Shown: positions 8,234-17,805, counted from the stretch's first letter. The stretch is DNA of 30,440 nucleotides from an uncultured Candidatus Saccharibacteria bacterium (GCA_964430365.1 CAYSEU010000002.1:1-30440), one strand, 5' to 3'. Notes: generated by a model from the letters alone, not told the origin. Numbers and translations are program-made.

Positions 8234-10081
8234 ATGAAAATATACAAACTGCTCAGAAAAACATTTTTGTTTTTACCATTACTACTTCTCTTCTTAACAG
8301 ATATACGTGCTGTTACATATGATTTTGAATTCATTAATACAACAACAGTAAACTATACAACAGGTAAAGATTATGTTGATGTTAATACTCAATTTCTAAG
8401 GAAAGTAAATAACAGAGAGTACCTTTTCTCTACAAAAGGAGAGAAGATATTTCATATCCCAGATTCATCTTCAGGAAAAGATTATCAAATTGAGTTAGAA
8501 AGACAGTATAAATTAGATAGCTTAGAGGTAACTAGTAATACAGGAAGCAAGATACCATATACCGTAGAAAAATTAGAATTAGGACAGGGTATGTATATTA
8601 ATGTACCTAATTACAAAACAACAACATATGGTTCTGTATATGTTGTTAACCTTAATTACAAAACTCATATATATGTACACAATGTAAAAGATTGGGTAGC
8701 TATACAGATACCTGCTCTTCATGAAGACACAGAATTCACACAAAAGGATGAAGTTTCTGGTACCACTACTAAGATAGAGTACAACCTAAATATAATTACA
8801 GATGAGAATATTTCTCCAATATCAAAAATCTTTCCTTCTAAATATACTACATCAACAAACAATGACAAAAATATCTACTCCTTCGATGGAAAAGACAGGG
8901 TTGGTGTACCTGTATATATGGAATTTGGAACAGAGAGAGTCTTTAGATTTGAAACGAAATTAAAAACACCTAAAACAGATAATATTGTTCCTGAGAAATA
9001 TTCATCTGCTCTAAGTGCCCTCTCTACAAATATATATCAAGTACCGTTACCAAGAGAGTTTGCAGAGACTAATCAAAAAGTAATGATAGAGGATATATAT
9101 CCCCAACCTAGTAAGGTAACAATAGATTTGGAGGGAAATGTAGTTGGTACTTTTGAAGTACCAGCTAACAAAGATACTGAAATTCTCATATCTGGATATA
9201 TATGGTTAGAACAGAAGGAGTATGAAAATGTGAGAAGTATTCCTAATTTAGGATATTCTGAATACAAAAATCTTGTTAGAAACGATAGTAAACTATCTCA
9301 ATATCTATTACCTACAAAATATTGGGAATCAACAGACTCCTTTATACAATCTAAAGCATCTGAGCTAACAGATGGAAAAGAGAATTTCTTAGATGTTGTT
9401 AGAAGTACATATAGATATATAAATGAGGTATTAGAGTACGACAATACAAAAGCGGAGAGTAGTAATGAGAGAATTGGTGCAAAAGCAGCACTACAAGGAG
9501 GAGCTTCAGTATGTATGGAGTACTCTGACTCTATGATTGCCCTACTTCGTGCACAGGGTATTCCCTCAAGAGCTGCTGTTGGGTATGTTGGCATTGAGGA
9601 GAAAACAGAAGAGGAGAACATACCACATCAATGGGTACAGGTATGGGTACCAGAGTATGGATGGTTAAGTATAGATCCCTCATATGAAAGTATTAATATG
9701 CAAATTGGTAGTAATATTGATTCTGTACTTTGGGAAACCTTTTTTGATGATGACGAGACTAATCTAGGTGTATATACAGCAGATAGTATAGATTTAAGTA
9801 CATTTACAAAAGAAAACTACTCTATACAAGTATATGCCATAGATGAAAAAGATATACCTGAAATAGAGACCCTACTCTCATACAGTGATATAGTATCTGA
9901 GCAAGAAGATATGAATGTAAAAGATACTCTAAATATATTAGTAAAAACTACAACTATCGGAAAAGCTTTTATAATTATATTACCAATACTAGTAGTACTA
10001 ATATTATTAATATTGTTACTCTCCCTTATTACAGTATTAATTAGAAGAACTAGAACTCAAAAAATTTCTCAAAATCAATAG
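8234..10081 (+). CDS. Secreted, C-terminally membrane-anchored transglutaminase-like (Cys-His-Asp) protein
   Basis: Signal peptide (…LLLLFLTDIRA); catalytic motifs GGASVCMEYS..MIALLRAQGIPSR, HQWVQVW and GWLSIDPS; C-terminal TM followed by RRTR. Confidence 0.85.
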   Translation: MKIYKLLRKTFLFLPLLLLFLTDIRAVTYDFEFINTTTVNYTTGKDYVDVNTQFLRKVNNREYLFSTKGEKIFHIPDSSSGKDYQIELERQYKLDSLEVTSNTGSKIPYTVEKLELGQGMYINVPNYKTTTYGSVYVVNLNYKTHIYVHNVKDWVAIQIPALHEDTEFTQKDEVSGTTTKIEYNLNIITDENISPISKIFPSKYTTSTNNDKNIYSFDGKDRVGVPVYMEFGTERVFRFETKLKTPKTDNIVPEKYSSALSALSTNIYQVPLPREFAETNQKVMIEDIYPQPSKVTIDLEGNVVGTFEVPANKDTEILISGYIWLEQKEYENVRSIPNLGYSEYKNLVRNDSKLSQYLLPTKYWESTDSFIQSKASELTDGKENFLDVVRSTYRYINEVLEYDNTKAESSNERIGAKAALQGGASVCMEYSDSMIALLRAQGIPSRAAVGYVGIEEKTEEENIPHQWVQVWVPEYGWLSIDPSYESINMQIGSNIDSVLWETFFDDDETNLGVYTADSIDLSTFTKENYSIQVYAIDEKDIPEIETLLSYSDIVSEQEDMNVKDTLNILVKTTTIGKAFIIILPILVVLILLILLLSLITVLIRRTRTQKISQNQ

Positions 10082-11558
10082 CCTTAATACCATCTTCCAT
10101 TCTATCTTTAGTAGTAGCATATAGGGTCATTAGAGTATCTCCCTTTACTACCTTATCCCCTGGCATCTTATTAAAATATATACCAGCTTCTTTTATCTTT
10201 GGTGTACCCAATGATCTAGCAACTTCTACTATTTCTCTAGTACAGATGTTCTTTAGATCCCCGCTCTTTATAGACTTAACCTCATACGTAAGAGAACCGA
10301 GTTTAATATCAGAAGACTTAATCATTTTCTTCTCTCCCTGTGCTTTAGCTATATCCCAGAATTTCTTCAATGCTTTACCTGAATCTAATAGTTCTAGAGC
10401 AAATTTTTTACCCATACCCTTTTTAGCCTTACCATTGTTCTCAAATATAATAGATGCCATCTCTACCACTATATCTTCTAACTCCTCCGAACGTTTCTCA
10501 TCTCTTTCAAGTATCTTTAAACACTCCTTCATTTCTAAAAGAGGACCTACTCCATTACCATCTGGTCCCTTAACTATCCTTTTGTATGTTACACACTTTA
10601 TACCAAACCTATGGAAGAGTTTCTCAAATTCTCTACTTAAAAATTCCAGATCATCTGGCTTCTCTAATTTAGTACCCTTACCATATGGTAAATCTATTAG
10701 AACAAATGTAGAACCCATTGCTATTTTCTTAGCAACAATACTTACTAATACTTTCTGAAATTCCTGTATCCTTAAAGATCTCTCTACATTAATGATTTCA
10801 TCATCAGCAGGAGCTAAATAGAGTGAACCTCCCCATATCATACAAGCCCCTGTTTTCTCTACAACCTCATATACTTGCTCTTTAGTAAGTGACACTGGCA
10901 TTACACTCTCTATTATATCCGTGGTACCTGCTGGAGAAGTTATTGCCCTTGTAGAAGTATTAGGTACTACTAGACCACCTGCCGCTAATATTGGGACTAA
11001 GGTTGGAGTTATACCTTTACCTGCTGTTCCTCCTATTGAATGCTTATCAACTACCAATCCTTTATTATCTTTAATATATTTAAAGTCTAAAATCTCTCCT
11101 GATTGAGCCATGCCTTTTGTCATCCAAGTTATCTCATCGTCATCAAAACCTGGACTAAAGAAAGTAGCCACAAAAAATGCTACCTCCGTCTCCTTAAGCC
11201 TCCTAGACCCTATATCTTCCATAATGGAAAGTAATTCCTCCTCATTTAGCCTATGACCCGAGATCTTTTTCCTAAGAGCTTCAAGTGACTTAGTAGGAGC
11301 AGGGATATCAAGTAGTATCTTCCTACCCTCTGGGATATGATACTCATCCGTTAATTCCTCATACAGACCTACTTCTCCAATCTCTACCTCACTATCTGTA
11401 ATTATAACTTTTACGTAAAGTTCTATATCCTTAAAACCAAGTAAAAGGACCTCACCCTCTTTAACTCCTAAGTCATCCGCATCTTCACTATGCATCAAAA
11501 CAAACAAGTTCTTACCCGCTCCTAGATCAAATTTCTTACTCTTAAGGTATAGTGCCAT
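10050..11558 (-). CDS. AMP/NMP phosphorylase (archaeal-type thymidine phosphorylase family)
   Basis: About 85-aa N-terminal extra domain typical of AMP phosphorylases; DKHSIGG; TSTRAITSPAGTTD; SIVAKK; IDLPYG; adjacent to R15P isomerase. Confidence 0.9.
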   Translation of the reverse strand: MALYLKSKKFDLGAGKNLFVLMHSEDADDLGVKEGEVLLLGFKDIELYVKVIITDSEVEIGEVGLYEELTDEYHIPEGRKILLDIPAPTKSLEALRKKISGHRLNEEELLSIMEDIGSRRLKETEVAFFVATFFSPGFDDDEITWMTKGMAQSGEILDFKYIKDNKGLVVDKHSIGGTAGKGITPTLVPILAAGGLVVPNTSTRAITSPAGTTDIIESVMPVSLTKEQVYEVVEKTGACMIWGGSLYLAPADDEIINVERSLRIQEFQKVLVSIVAKKIAMGSTFVLIDLPYGKGTKLEKPDDLEFLSREFEKLFHRFGIKCVTYKRIVKGPDGNGVGPLLEMKECLKILERDEKRSEELEDIVVEMASIIFENNGKAKKGMGKKFALELLDSGKALKKFWDIAKAQGEKKMIKSSDIKLGSLTYEVKSIKSGDLKNICTREIVEVARSLGTPKIKEAGIYFNKMPGDKVVKGDTLMTLYATTKDRMEDGIKAIDFEKFFEF

Positions 11559-11575
11559 ATTTTTAATATTTTAAA

Positions 11576-12520
11576 TTAATCATTAAAAAGCCAAGTATAT
11601 TTAGCTTTAACAATATCATGTATCTCTTCTGGTTTAATAATACCAAATTCAGTCATAAAAGCAGTAATGAGTTTAGCATCAACTATCTCAAACGCAGGGT
11701 TATACATCTTAAGCTCTTTTGGTGCCTCACTCCATAATTCATCATCTTCACGAATTTCTATAGAAATATCTTTAGCTTTAATATATGGATCAACCTTTAA
11801 AAGCGGTGAAACTACATACAACGGTTTACTTGCTAAGTTAGCTGCCATACCTATACCCCAACTCCCAATCTTATTTATACAGTACCCATCTAGTGTAATC
11901 TGGTCACAACCGATAAAGATTGCATCTATAGGAATAGAGCCTCTACCAATAATGAAAGACTCAGCAGCACTATCCGCTATCATAGTGGTAGAAATACCGT
12001 CGTCTAGGAGACTTTTAGCAGTAGTTCTTCCCTGAAAAAGAGGTCTAGTCTCTGTACAAACAACATCAAACGAGCTACTTACTTCCCCTATCCCTTTTAA
12101 TATTGCTACAGCAGTAGATGAGTGACAGTGAGTAAGAACATTTTCAAAATGCTTAACATATGGAAGACCTAACTCTACTACACTTCGCTTAGAATCAGAT
12201 ATTTTAAATAGATACTCATCACAGTAATCTAATAGCTGTTGTTTCATATCATTAATGGAGTGTAAATCATCCTTCTTCTTTTTAAATAGATAAGCTACAT
12301 ACTTAACTCCATTTCTTGCTAATGGCTCATTTAATCTCGCATTAGCTAATTTGTTACCTACTCTTTCTAACTCATTGTAAAACAGCTCTTTATCTTGAAC
12401 ATTAGATTCTTCAATGAAAATCTTCATACCTTCTAATGTAGCAATGGCTACATTGGTGGCACCCTGTATGTTCAATTCTTTTATATCTTTTTCAATATCT
12501 AATATCTGTTTAACACTCAT
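11576..12520 (-). CDS. Ribose-1,5-bisphosphate isomerase (eIF-2B-like family)
   Basis: IQGA, LTHCHSS (catalytic Cys), ETRPLFQG, IGCD (catalytic Asp), INKIGS, NPAFE. ATG 12520 starts 1 nt after the MBL stop. Confidence 0.88.
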   Translation of the reverse strand: MSVKQILDIEKDIKELNIQGATNVAIATLEGMKIFIEESNVQDKELFYNELERVGNKLANARLNEPLARNGVKYVAYLFKKKKDDLHSINDMKQQLLDYCDEYLFKISDSKRSVVELGLPYVKHFENVLTHCHSSTAVAILKGIGEVSSSFDVVCTETRPLFQGRTTAKSLLDDGISTTMIADSAAESFIIGRGSIPIDAIFIGCDQITLDGYCINKIGSWGIGMAANLASKPLYVVSPLLKVDPYIKAKDISIEIREDDELWSEAPKELKMYNPAFEIVDAKLITAFMTEFGIIKPEEIHDIVKAKYTWLFND

Positions 12521-12521
12521 C

Positions 12522-13949
12522 TTACTTAAGATCAAACTCTTCGTTTAATTTAGGTATATCAACATCTACCCCAAGTTCAGATTTAATATTAGTACCGAAA
12601 CCAATAGCGATTTCTTCATCAGCATGTACAATGAAAATCCTTTTAGGAGAATGACCAAAACTTCTTAACCAATATCTTAGATCTCTTTGATCCCCATGAG
12701 CAGAAAATCCACCTAAGGTATGAATTTGTGCTTTAACCTGTAAAGTTTGTCCCATTACCCTTACTTCAGGACTTTTCTCTACAATCTTTCTACCTAATGT
12801 ACCCTCTACTTGATATCCAACAAATATCATATGAGTATTTTCCTTCTCAATATGGTTCTTAATATGATGTACTATTCTTCCTCCTGTACACATACCACTT
12901 CCAGCAATAATGACAACTCCCTTTTTTGATATTAATCTCTTAGATTCCTCAGCAGAATCAACTGCAACTAGCCCTGGGAAATGAAATGGATCATCTCCTT
13001 TTTCTAACAATCTTCTAGCATCTTCATCGTAGAAAGTAGGATACTGTTTAAAAACGGCAGTAGCTTTAGATGCCATAGGACTATCTAAATACACCTCTAA
13101 GTTATTTAATAGCTTGTTTTCAACAAACAGATTTATCTCATACAAGATTTCTTGGGTTCTTTCAATAGCGAAAGAAGGTATTAAAACATTACCACCCTCC
13201 TCCTGTGCCTGTTTTAATATGGAAAGTAATTCTAAGACAGTCTCATCCTTATTCTTATGCAACCTATTACCATATGTAGCTTCACATATTACATAGTCAG
13301 CCTCTCTTACTAAGTCTGGATCTCTTACAATTCTTGCACCAGGTTGCCCTAAGTCTCCACTAAAGACAATTTTTCTATCCCTACCCTCGGCTGTCTTTAT
13401 CCAAAACTCAATCATTGCGGAACCTAGTATATGTCCGGCATCTCTCATTCTAAATTCAACACCTTTCTTTAAATCAACAGATGAACCGTATGGGTATACA
13501 TCAAAGAGTTCGAGCATACCTTCTACATCTGTTTCAGAAAAAAGAGGCTTCCTCTCTGCATAGAGCGAACCTTCCTCTGAAAGATTCTTAGATGGTCTTT
13601 CCGTTTTACTTTTAGATTGCCATCTCTCATACTCCTCTTGTTGTAACTTCGCAGAATCTAACAACACAATCTTAGCTAAATCTCTAGTTGGTTGAGTACC
13701 AATAATACGACCCTTAAATCCCTGTTTAATAAGTATAGGAATTCTCCCACAATGATCATAGTGAGCATGTGTTAGAAATATAGCATCCAACTGAGTTGGA
13801 TCAAATGGGAAGGGCTCATAATTAAGTGTATTTAACTCATCTTTACCTTGGAAAGCACCACAGTCTACTAAAAATTTGTACGAACCGGTATCCACATAGT
13901 AACAGGAACCTGTAACTGTTCTGGCAGCTCCACAGAATTTCAATTTCAT
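12522..13949 (-). CDS. beta-CASP metallo-beta-lactamase family ribonuclease
   Basis: GAARTVTGS, THAHYDHCG, AGHILGS, FSGDLG, EATYG, PSFAIERTQE, AGSGMCTGGR, FSAHGD. Confidence 0.9.
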   Translation of the reverse strand: MKLKFCGAARTVTGSCYYVDTGSYKFLVDCGAFQGKDELNTLNYEPFPFDPTQLDAIFLTHAHYDHCGRIPILIKQGFKGRIIGTQPTRDLAKIVLLDSAKLQQEEYERWQSKSKTERPSKNLSEEGSLYAERKPLFSETDVEGMLELFDVYPYGSSVDLKKGVEFRMRDAGHILGSAMIEFWIKTAEGRDRKIVFSGDLGQPGARIVRDPDLVREADYVICEATYGNRLHKNKDETVLELLSILKQAQEEGGNVLIPSFAIERTQEILYEINLFVENKLLNNLEVYLDSPMASKATAVFKQYPTFYDEDARRLLEKGDDPFHFPGLVAVDSAEESKRLISKKGVVIIAGSGMCTGGRIVHHIKNHIEKENTHMIFVGYQVEGTLGRKIVEKSPEVRVMGQTLQVKAQIHTLGGFSAHGDQRDLRYWLRSFGHSPKRIFIVHADEEIAIGFGTNIKSELGVDVDIPKLNEEFDLK

Positions 13950-13982
13950 ATCAGGCAGTTAACAAAATTAATTATTCTAATA

Positions 13983-15395
13983 TTACAACATATGCTTAGC
14001 TTCATCCAACAATTTCTCTTTTGTATTCATTAAAGGATCCTCAATAACTATATCTAGTAATCTTTTTAATATACTTCCCATCTGAGGACCAGGTTTAACA
14101 CCAATACTTTGTAAATCCTCTCCCTTAATATCTAAGTCCGTAACCTTTAATACCATATCCTGTGCTCTTACCCTAGAAATATGTCTCTGTAACTCAGTAA
14201 TTTCCTCTGGTTGAAAAGGTGAATTAGGATTAGATGTAGCATCCGCTATTCTTAATTTAAAAAGGTCTTCAACATTCTCTTCCCCTACCCTATTTAAAAA
14301 TCTTCTAACAGCAGAATCACTCCACTGACTTAAAGAAATCTCTCCCTCTTTCTTACTTTCTAGTTGAGAATGAGGATAGTAGAACATATGGTTGCGAACC
14401 AATAGCTTAGTTCTCTCTATCTCCGATTTAGAAAACTTTAAACGCTTCATAATATCCTCAACCATTCCCATACCTACAACATCATGACCATAGAAATGAC
14501 CATTACCCATATCTGTTCTAGGTTTAGCAATATCATGTAGTAATGCAGCTAATTTAACAGAATCTTCGGCAAAATCACATGTTCTTAAACTATGTGTATA
14601 TACATCGTGAGCATGAAAGAGCTTCTGTTCAACACCATATCCCTCCAGTAACTCAGGAAGGAAGATATTTAACAGTCCTGTTTGTCTCATTAGCTCTATC
14701 CCCTTAGAAGGCTTAGGAGAATTTAAAAGTAATTTCATAAATTCGTCCCTAATTCTTTCCATAGATACCTGTTTCGCTATAGGTAAACTTTGCTTAATAG
14801 CATTGAAAGTCTCTCCCTCTATTTCAAAATCTAACTGAGAGGCTAATCTACAAGCCTTAAAAGCCCTTAAACCATCCTCTTTGAATCTTTCAATTGGTGT
14901 ACCTACAGCCCTAATTAATTTCATATTAATATCTGTAATACCACTAAAAGGATCATGTATATCCCACTCTCTTTCTACCTCTTCTCCATCTAAAAGGTCA
15001 GAAGAAAGATCCAGTGCCATGGCATTAATTGTGAAATCTCTCCTTCCTAAATCCTTATCCAAATCATTTACAAACTCTACCTTACTAGGCCATCTACCAT
15101 CTATATACTCCGCTTCACTTCTAAAAGTAGTAACCTCTACCTCTCTATTCTCACCATCAATATCTTCTACTAGAGCTATTACAGTGCCAAACTTTGCCCC
15201 AGTAGAAACAGCTTTAGGAAAAAGTTCTAACATCTCATCTGGAAGCGCATTAGTAGCTAAATCAAAATCATGGGGCTTTTTACCCATAACGATATCTCTA
15301 ATTGCTCCCCCAACAAGATATACATCATATCCTTCTTTAGAAAGTATTCTTGCTACCTTCTGTACATATTTGGGAATTGTAAACTTTATTTTCAT
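13983..15395 (-). CDS. cca: Class II tRNA nucleotidyltransferase (CCA-adding enzyme) with HD domain
   Basis: VGGAIRD...DFDLAT, EYIDGRWP flexible loop, RRDFTINA, EDGLR, HD domain (HDVYTH...LLHDIAKP). Start has an AAGGAG Shine-Dalgarno and an ATGA overlap with the upstream stop. Confidence 0.9.
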   Translation of the reverse strand: MKIKFTIPKYVQKVARILSKEGYDVYLVGGAIRDIVMGKKPHDFDLATNALPDEMLELFPKAVSTGAKFGTVIALVEDIDGENREVEVTTFRSEAEYIDGRWPSKVEFVNDLDKDLGRRDFTINAMALDLSSDLLDGEEVEREWDIHDPFSGITDINMKLIRAVGTPIERFKEDGLRAFKACRLASQLDFEIEGETFNAIKQSLPIAKQVSMERIRDEFMKLLLNSPKPSKGIELMRQTGLLNIFLPELLEGYGVEQKLFHAHDVYTHSLRTCDFAEDSVKLAALLHDIAKPRTDMGNGHFYGHDVVGMGMVEDIMKRLKFSKSEIERTKLLVRNHMFYYPHSQLESKKEGEISLSQWSDSAVRRFLNRVGEENVEDLFKLRIADATSNPNSPFQPEEITELQRHISRVRAQDMVLKVTDLDIKGEDLQSIGVKPGPQMGSILKRLLDIVIEDPLMNTKEKLLDEAKHML

Positions 15396-16567
15396 TTTAT
15401 TAATCTCCTTAATAGATAGTACCAAAGTAGAGGGAATACAACAAGAAAAGGAAACATATTAATACTTGTTTGGGGTAATTTTTTAATACCTAGAACTTCC
15501 CCACCACTCTCTTCTACCTCTATAAATACATCCTCCTGAGCTGTATCTTCCTCAATCTCTTCTAATATAATCTCTCCACTGTACAACGTATACGGTATTC
15601 TTGTAACACAGAAACTATCCATATGTGGCTTAACCCTTGAACCAATATATGATAGATATTCACTATCCTTTTCTCTTACACCCGCAACTATTACAGACTC
15701 TCCAACATAGTTAGATTCCATATGTTCACCTTTCACTGCACACTGTTGATTTTCGTTAGGATCATATATCCCTGCATACCCTAAATTTAAACTCTCCCCT
15801 ACCTCTAACTCATACTCATATATATATTCTTCGTTAGGATTAAAATCTCTTACTAACGAATACTGATTATGAGTAAAGACAGTATCTTTTAATGGAATAT
15901 CTGAATCGTTTCTTACATATACCCTTACTAAGACGGATTCCTCATTCCTTTGTGCTTCCCACTTTATAAACTGAAGGGCAGGTCTAACATATACCCTATC
16001 TAGTATCATTCCTCCATCAAATCCCCCTCCATTCTTAACTACTCCTACACCTGGATATGTCTTTACTATCCCATCTCTTGGATAGTTGTAGATTATATAT
16101 TTAATAGGGATACTCTCATACTCTCCATCTATATACAAAAGCTCTCTTAAATCTCCATTAGTAATATCCTGCTTGGAAAGTAATACCTTCAAGGAAGTAA
16201 CATTTATATCCTCCCCTACCCTATTCTCCGACCAATATATGAAATCTAAAGATGAGTATGGTGGAAGAGCAACCCTATCATACACATTCCAATTTCTAAC
16301 TAATCCATACCTCCAATCATCATCTGTTACATCTGAAATATTAATATGTGAAAGTATCCAACTACTACTAGTGCCTGAAACTTTAGATATGTCATACTCA
16401 ACACAGTTAGAACACTTTTCACTTTCTAAAAGATCTCCAATACCATATCCTAATGTATCAAAATACCTATTGTATGTAATATCTCCATCATTAGAGAAGT
16501 AAGAGTCTGCGAAAACAGTATTTATACATAAAAAGAGTAAAACAAAACAAAGTAAGATCTTTCTCAT
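15392..16567 (-). CDS. Secreted hypothetical protein with C-terminal LPxT-type sorting-like tail
   Basis: Signal peptide MRKILL...TVFA; acidic linker; EVLG..KLPQTS, then a hydrophobic stretch and RRLIK. Confidence 0.65.
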   Translation of the reverse strand: MRKILLCFVLLFLCINTVFADSYFSNDGDITYNRYFDTLGYGIGDLLESEKCSNCVEYDISKVSGTSSSWILSHINISDVTDDDWRYGLVRNWNVYDRVALPPYSSLDFIYWSENRVGEDINVTSLKVLLSKQDITNGDLRELLYIDGEYESIPIKYIIYNYPRDGIVKTYPGVGVVKNGGGFDGGMILDRVYVRPALQFIKWEAQRNEESVLVRVYVRNDSDIPLKDTVFTHNQYSLVRDFNPNEEYIYEYELEVGESLNLGYAGIYDPNENQQCAVKGEHMESNYVGESVIVAGVREKDSEYLSYIGSRVKPHMDSFCVTRIPYTLYSGEIILEEIEEDTAQEDVFIEVEESGGEVLGIKKLPQTSINMFPFLVVFPLLWYYLLRRLIK

Positions 16568-16624
16568 TAGATACCCAAACTTAATTTAGATATCTAATTT
16601 TAAAGAGTAAAGATTAAAAAGTAC

Positions 16625-17479
16625 TTAAATATTCCTTTCCCATTTTTTACGATCTATCCTATCTAACTCTAGACCTTTTTGAAGAATGCTAACTAAGATA
16701 ACTACAAACATAATTGCACTCACTCCAAATATTACAAAATCATACTGAGTTAACCAGTGTCCGTATACATCAAAATATTTAACAGGGAGAAAGAAAAGAA
16801 CGATAGTAAATATTATCCCTATTATCCTCATTTCAGTTGGACCAAATAGCCCAAATGAGTATTTAAATTCATTCTGAACATATGTTACTAATTCTACATG
16901 GGCCATTAAAACCAGATACATTATTCCAAAAAGCATAGCAATCTCTATCTTTACATATCCAGAGAGTCCTAACCCCAAACTAAATATTATTACAGCAACA
17001 CTATCAACAATATGATCTATGTAATACCCAAAGTTAGGCCTAGTCCTTTTCCTATACCTTGCTAAACTACCATCAAAGCTATCTCCAAACCAATTAAGAA
17101 ATAGCCCAATTATTACAAGCACAAGGTAGTAATGATTCATAAAACCTAAGATAAAACCCATTGCGGTCATAACATAGCCAATAATACCCAACCCTGTTAA
17201 AAGGTCTGGTGTAACCCACATAGGAATCCTTGGACATATCCACTCTTTAGCTTTCTCTTCCATATTAGCAGTAATGCCCGTATTTATTGCATTTTGATCA
17301 TCCCTTCTATACTCTACTTTCAACTTACTAATCTGTTCTCTAATTTCCCTTTCTAATGTTTTATTAAAACCCATTGTAACCCTATCTATAAATTCTTCGA
17401 CAGATTTAACATCAAAAATGTTAAATTCATGCTCATCTTTCTTCCTATTCTCATTCCCATTATTTTTTATTCCGAACAT
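16625..17479 (-). CDS. CDP-alcohol phosphatidyltransferase family protein
   Basis: Signature D-x2-DG-x2-AR-x8-G-x3-D-x3-D (DSFDGSLARYRKRTRPNFGYYIDHIVD); several TM helices; TPDLLT motif. Confidence 0.9.
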   Translation of the reverse strand: MFGIKNNGNENRKKDEHEFNIFDVKSVEEFIDRVTMGFNKTLEREIREQISKLKVEYRRDDQNAINTGITANMEEKAKEWICPRIPMWVTPDLLTGLGIIGYVMTAMGFILGFMNHYYLVLVIIGLFLNWFGDSFDGSLARYRKRTRPNFGYYIDHIVDSVAVIIFSLGLGLSGYVKIEIAMLFGIMYLVLMAHVELVTYVQNEFKYSFGLFGPTEMRIIGIIFTIVLFFLPVKYFDVYGHWLTQYDFVIFGVSAIMFVVILVSILQKGLELDRIDRKKWERNI

Positions 17480-17511
17480 CTATTTCAAACCTATTTAATT
17501 TAGATAAACAT

Positions 17512-17520
17512 ATTATATCA
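17512..17520 (-). promoter_or_regulatory. Extended -10 promoter for the phosphatidyltransferase gene
   Basis: TGA-TATAAT on the minus strand, 32 nt upstream of the ATG. Confidence 0.55.
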
Positions 17521-17805
17521 AATTCTGTCCATCAAGGGTCTGCCCTAGCCCTATCCCCATTCAGATTATTAACCATCTACAAATTCCACAATCTCAAGAA
17601 AACAAACCCAACCTTTATACCTAGCCAAAATCAACAAGATGGTAAAAAATAGTTTGTATTTTTGGTCGAAGAAACGCATAAAGGTTGTACCAAATATTGT
17701 TATAACAGTCTTTGTACTAGAAAAAGAGGGACAGATCTAGGACAAACCTCCTCTACTCTAATTTATTGATAACAGTATCTATACATGATAATTTATATAT
17801 TAGAG

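Noticed and set aside
10050-10081. 32-nt convergent overlap of the transglutaminase and AMP phosphorylase genes as an antisense regulatory device
   Set aside because: Every convergent junction in the window overlaps (825-828, 18411-18417, 23945-23948), which general genome compaction explains more simply.
10050-13949. RuBisCO expected beside AMP phosphorylase and R15P isomerase
   Set aside because: No ORF in the window has RuBisCO motifs (for example GGDFIKNDE-like), and there is no unassigned space for one in this operon.
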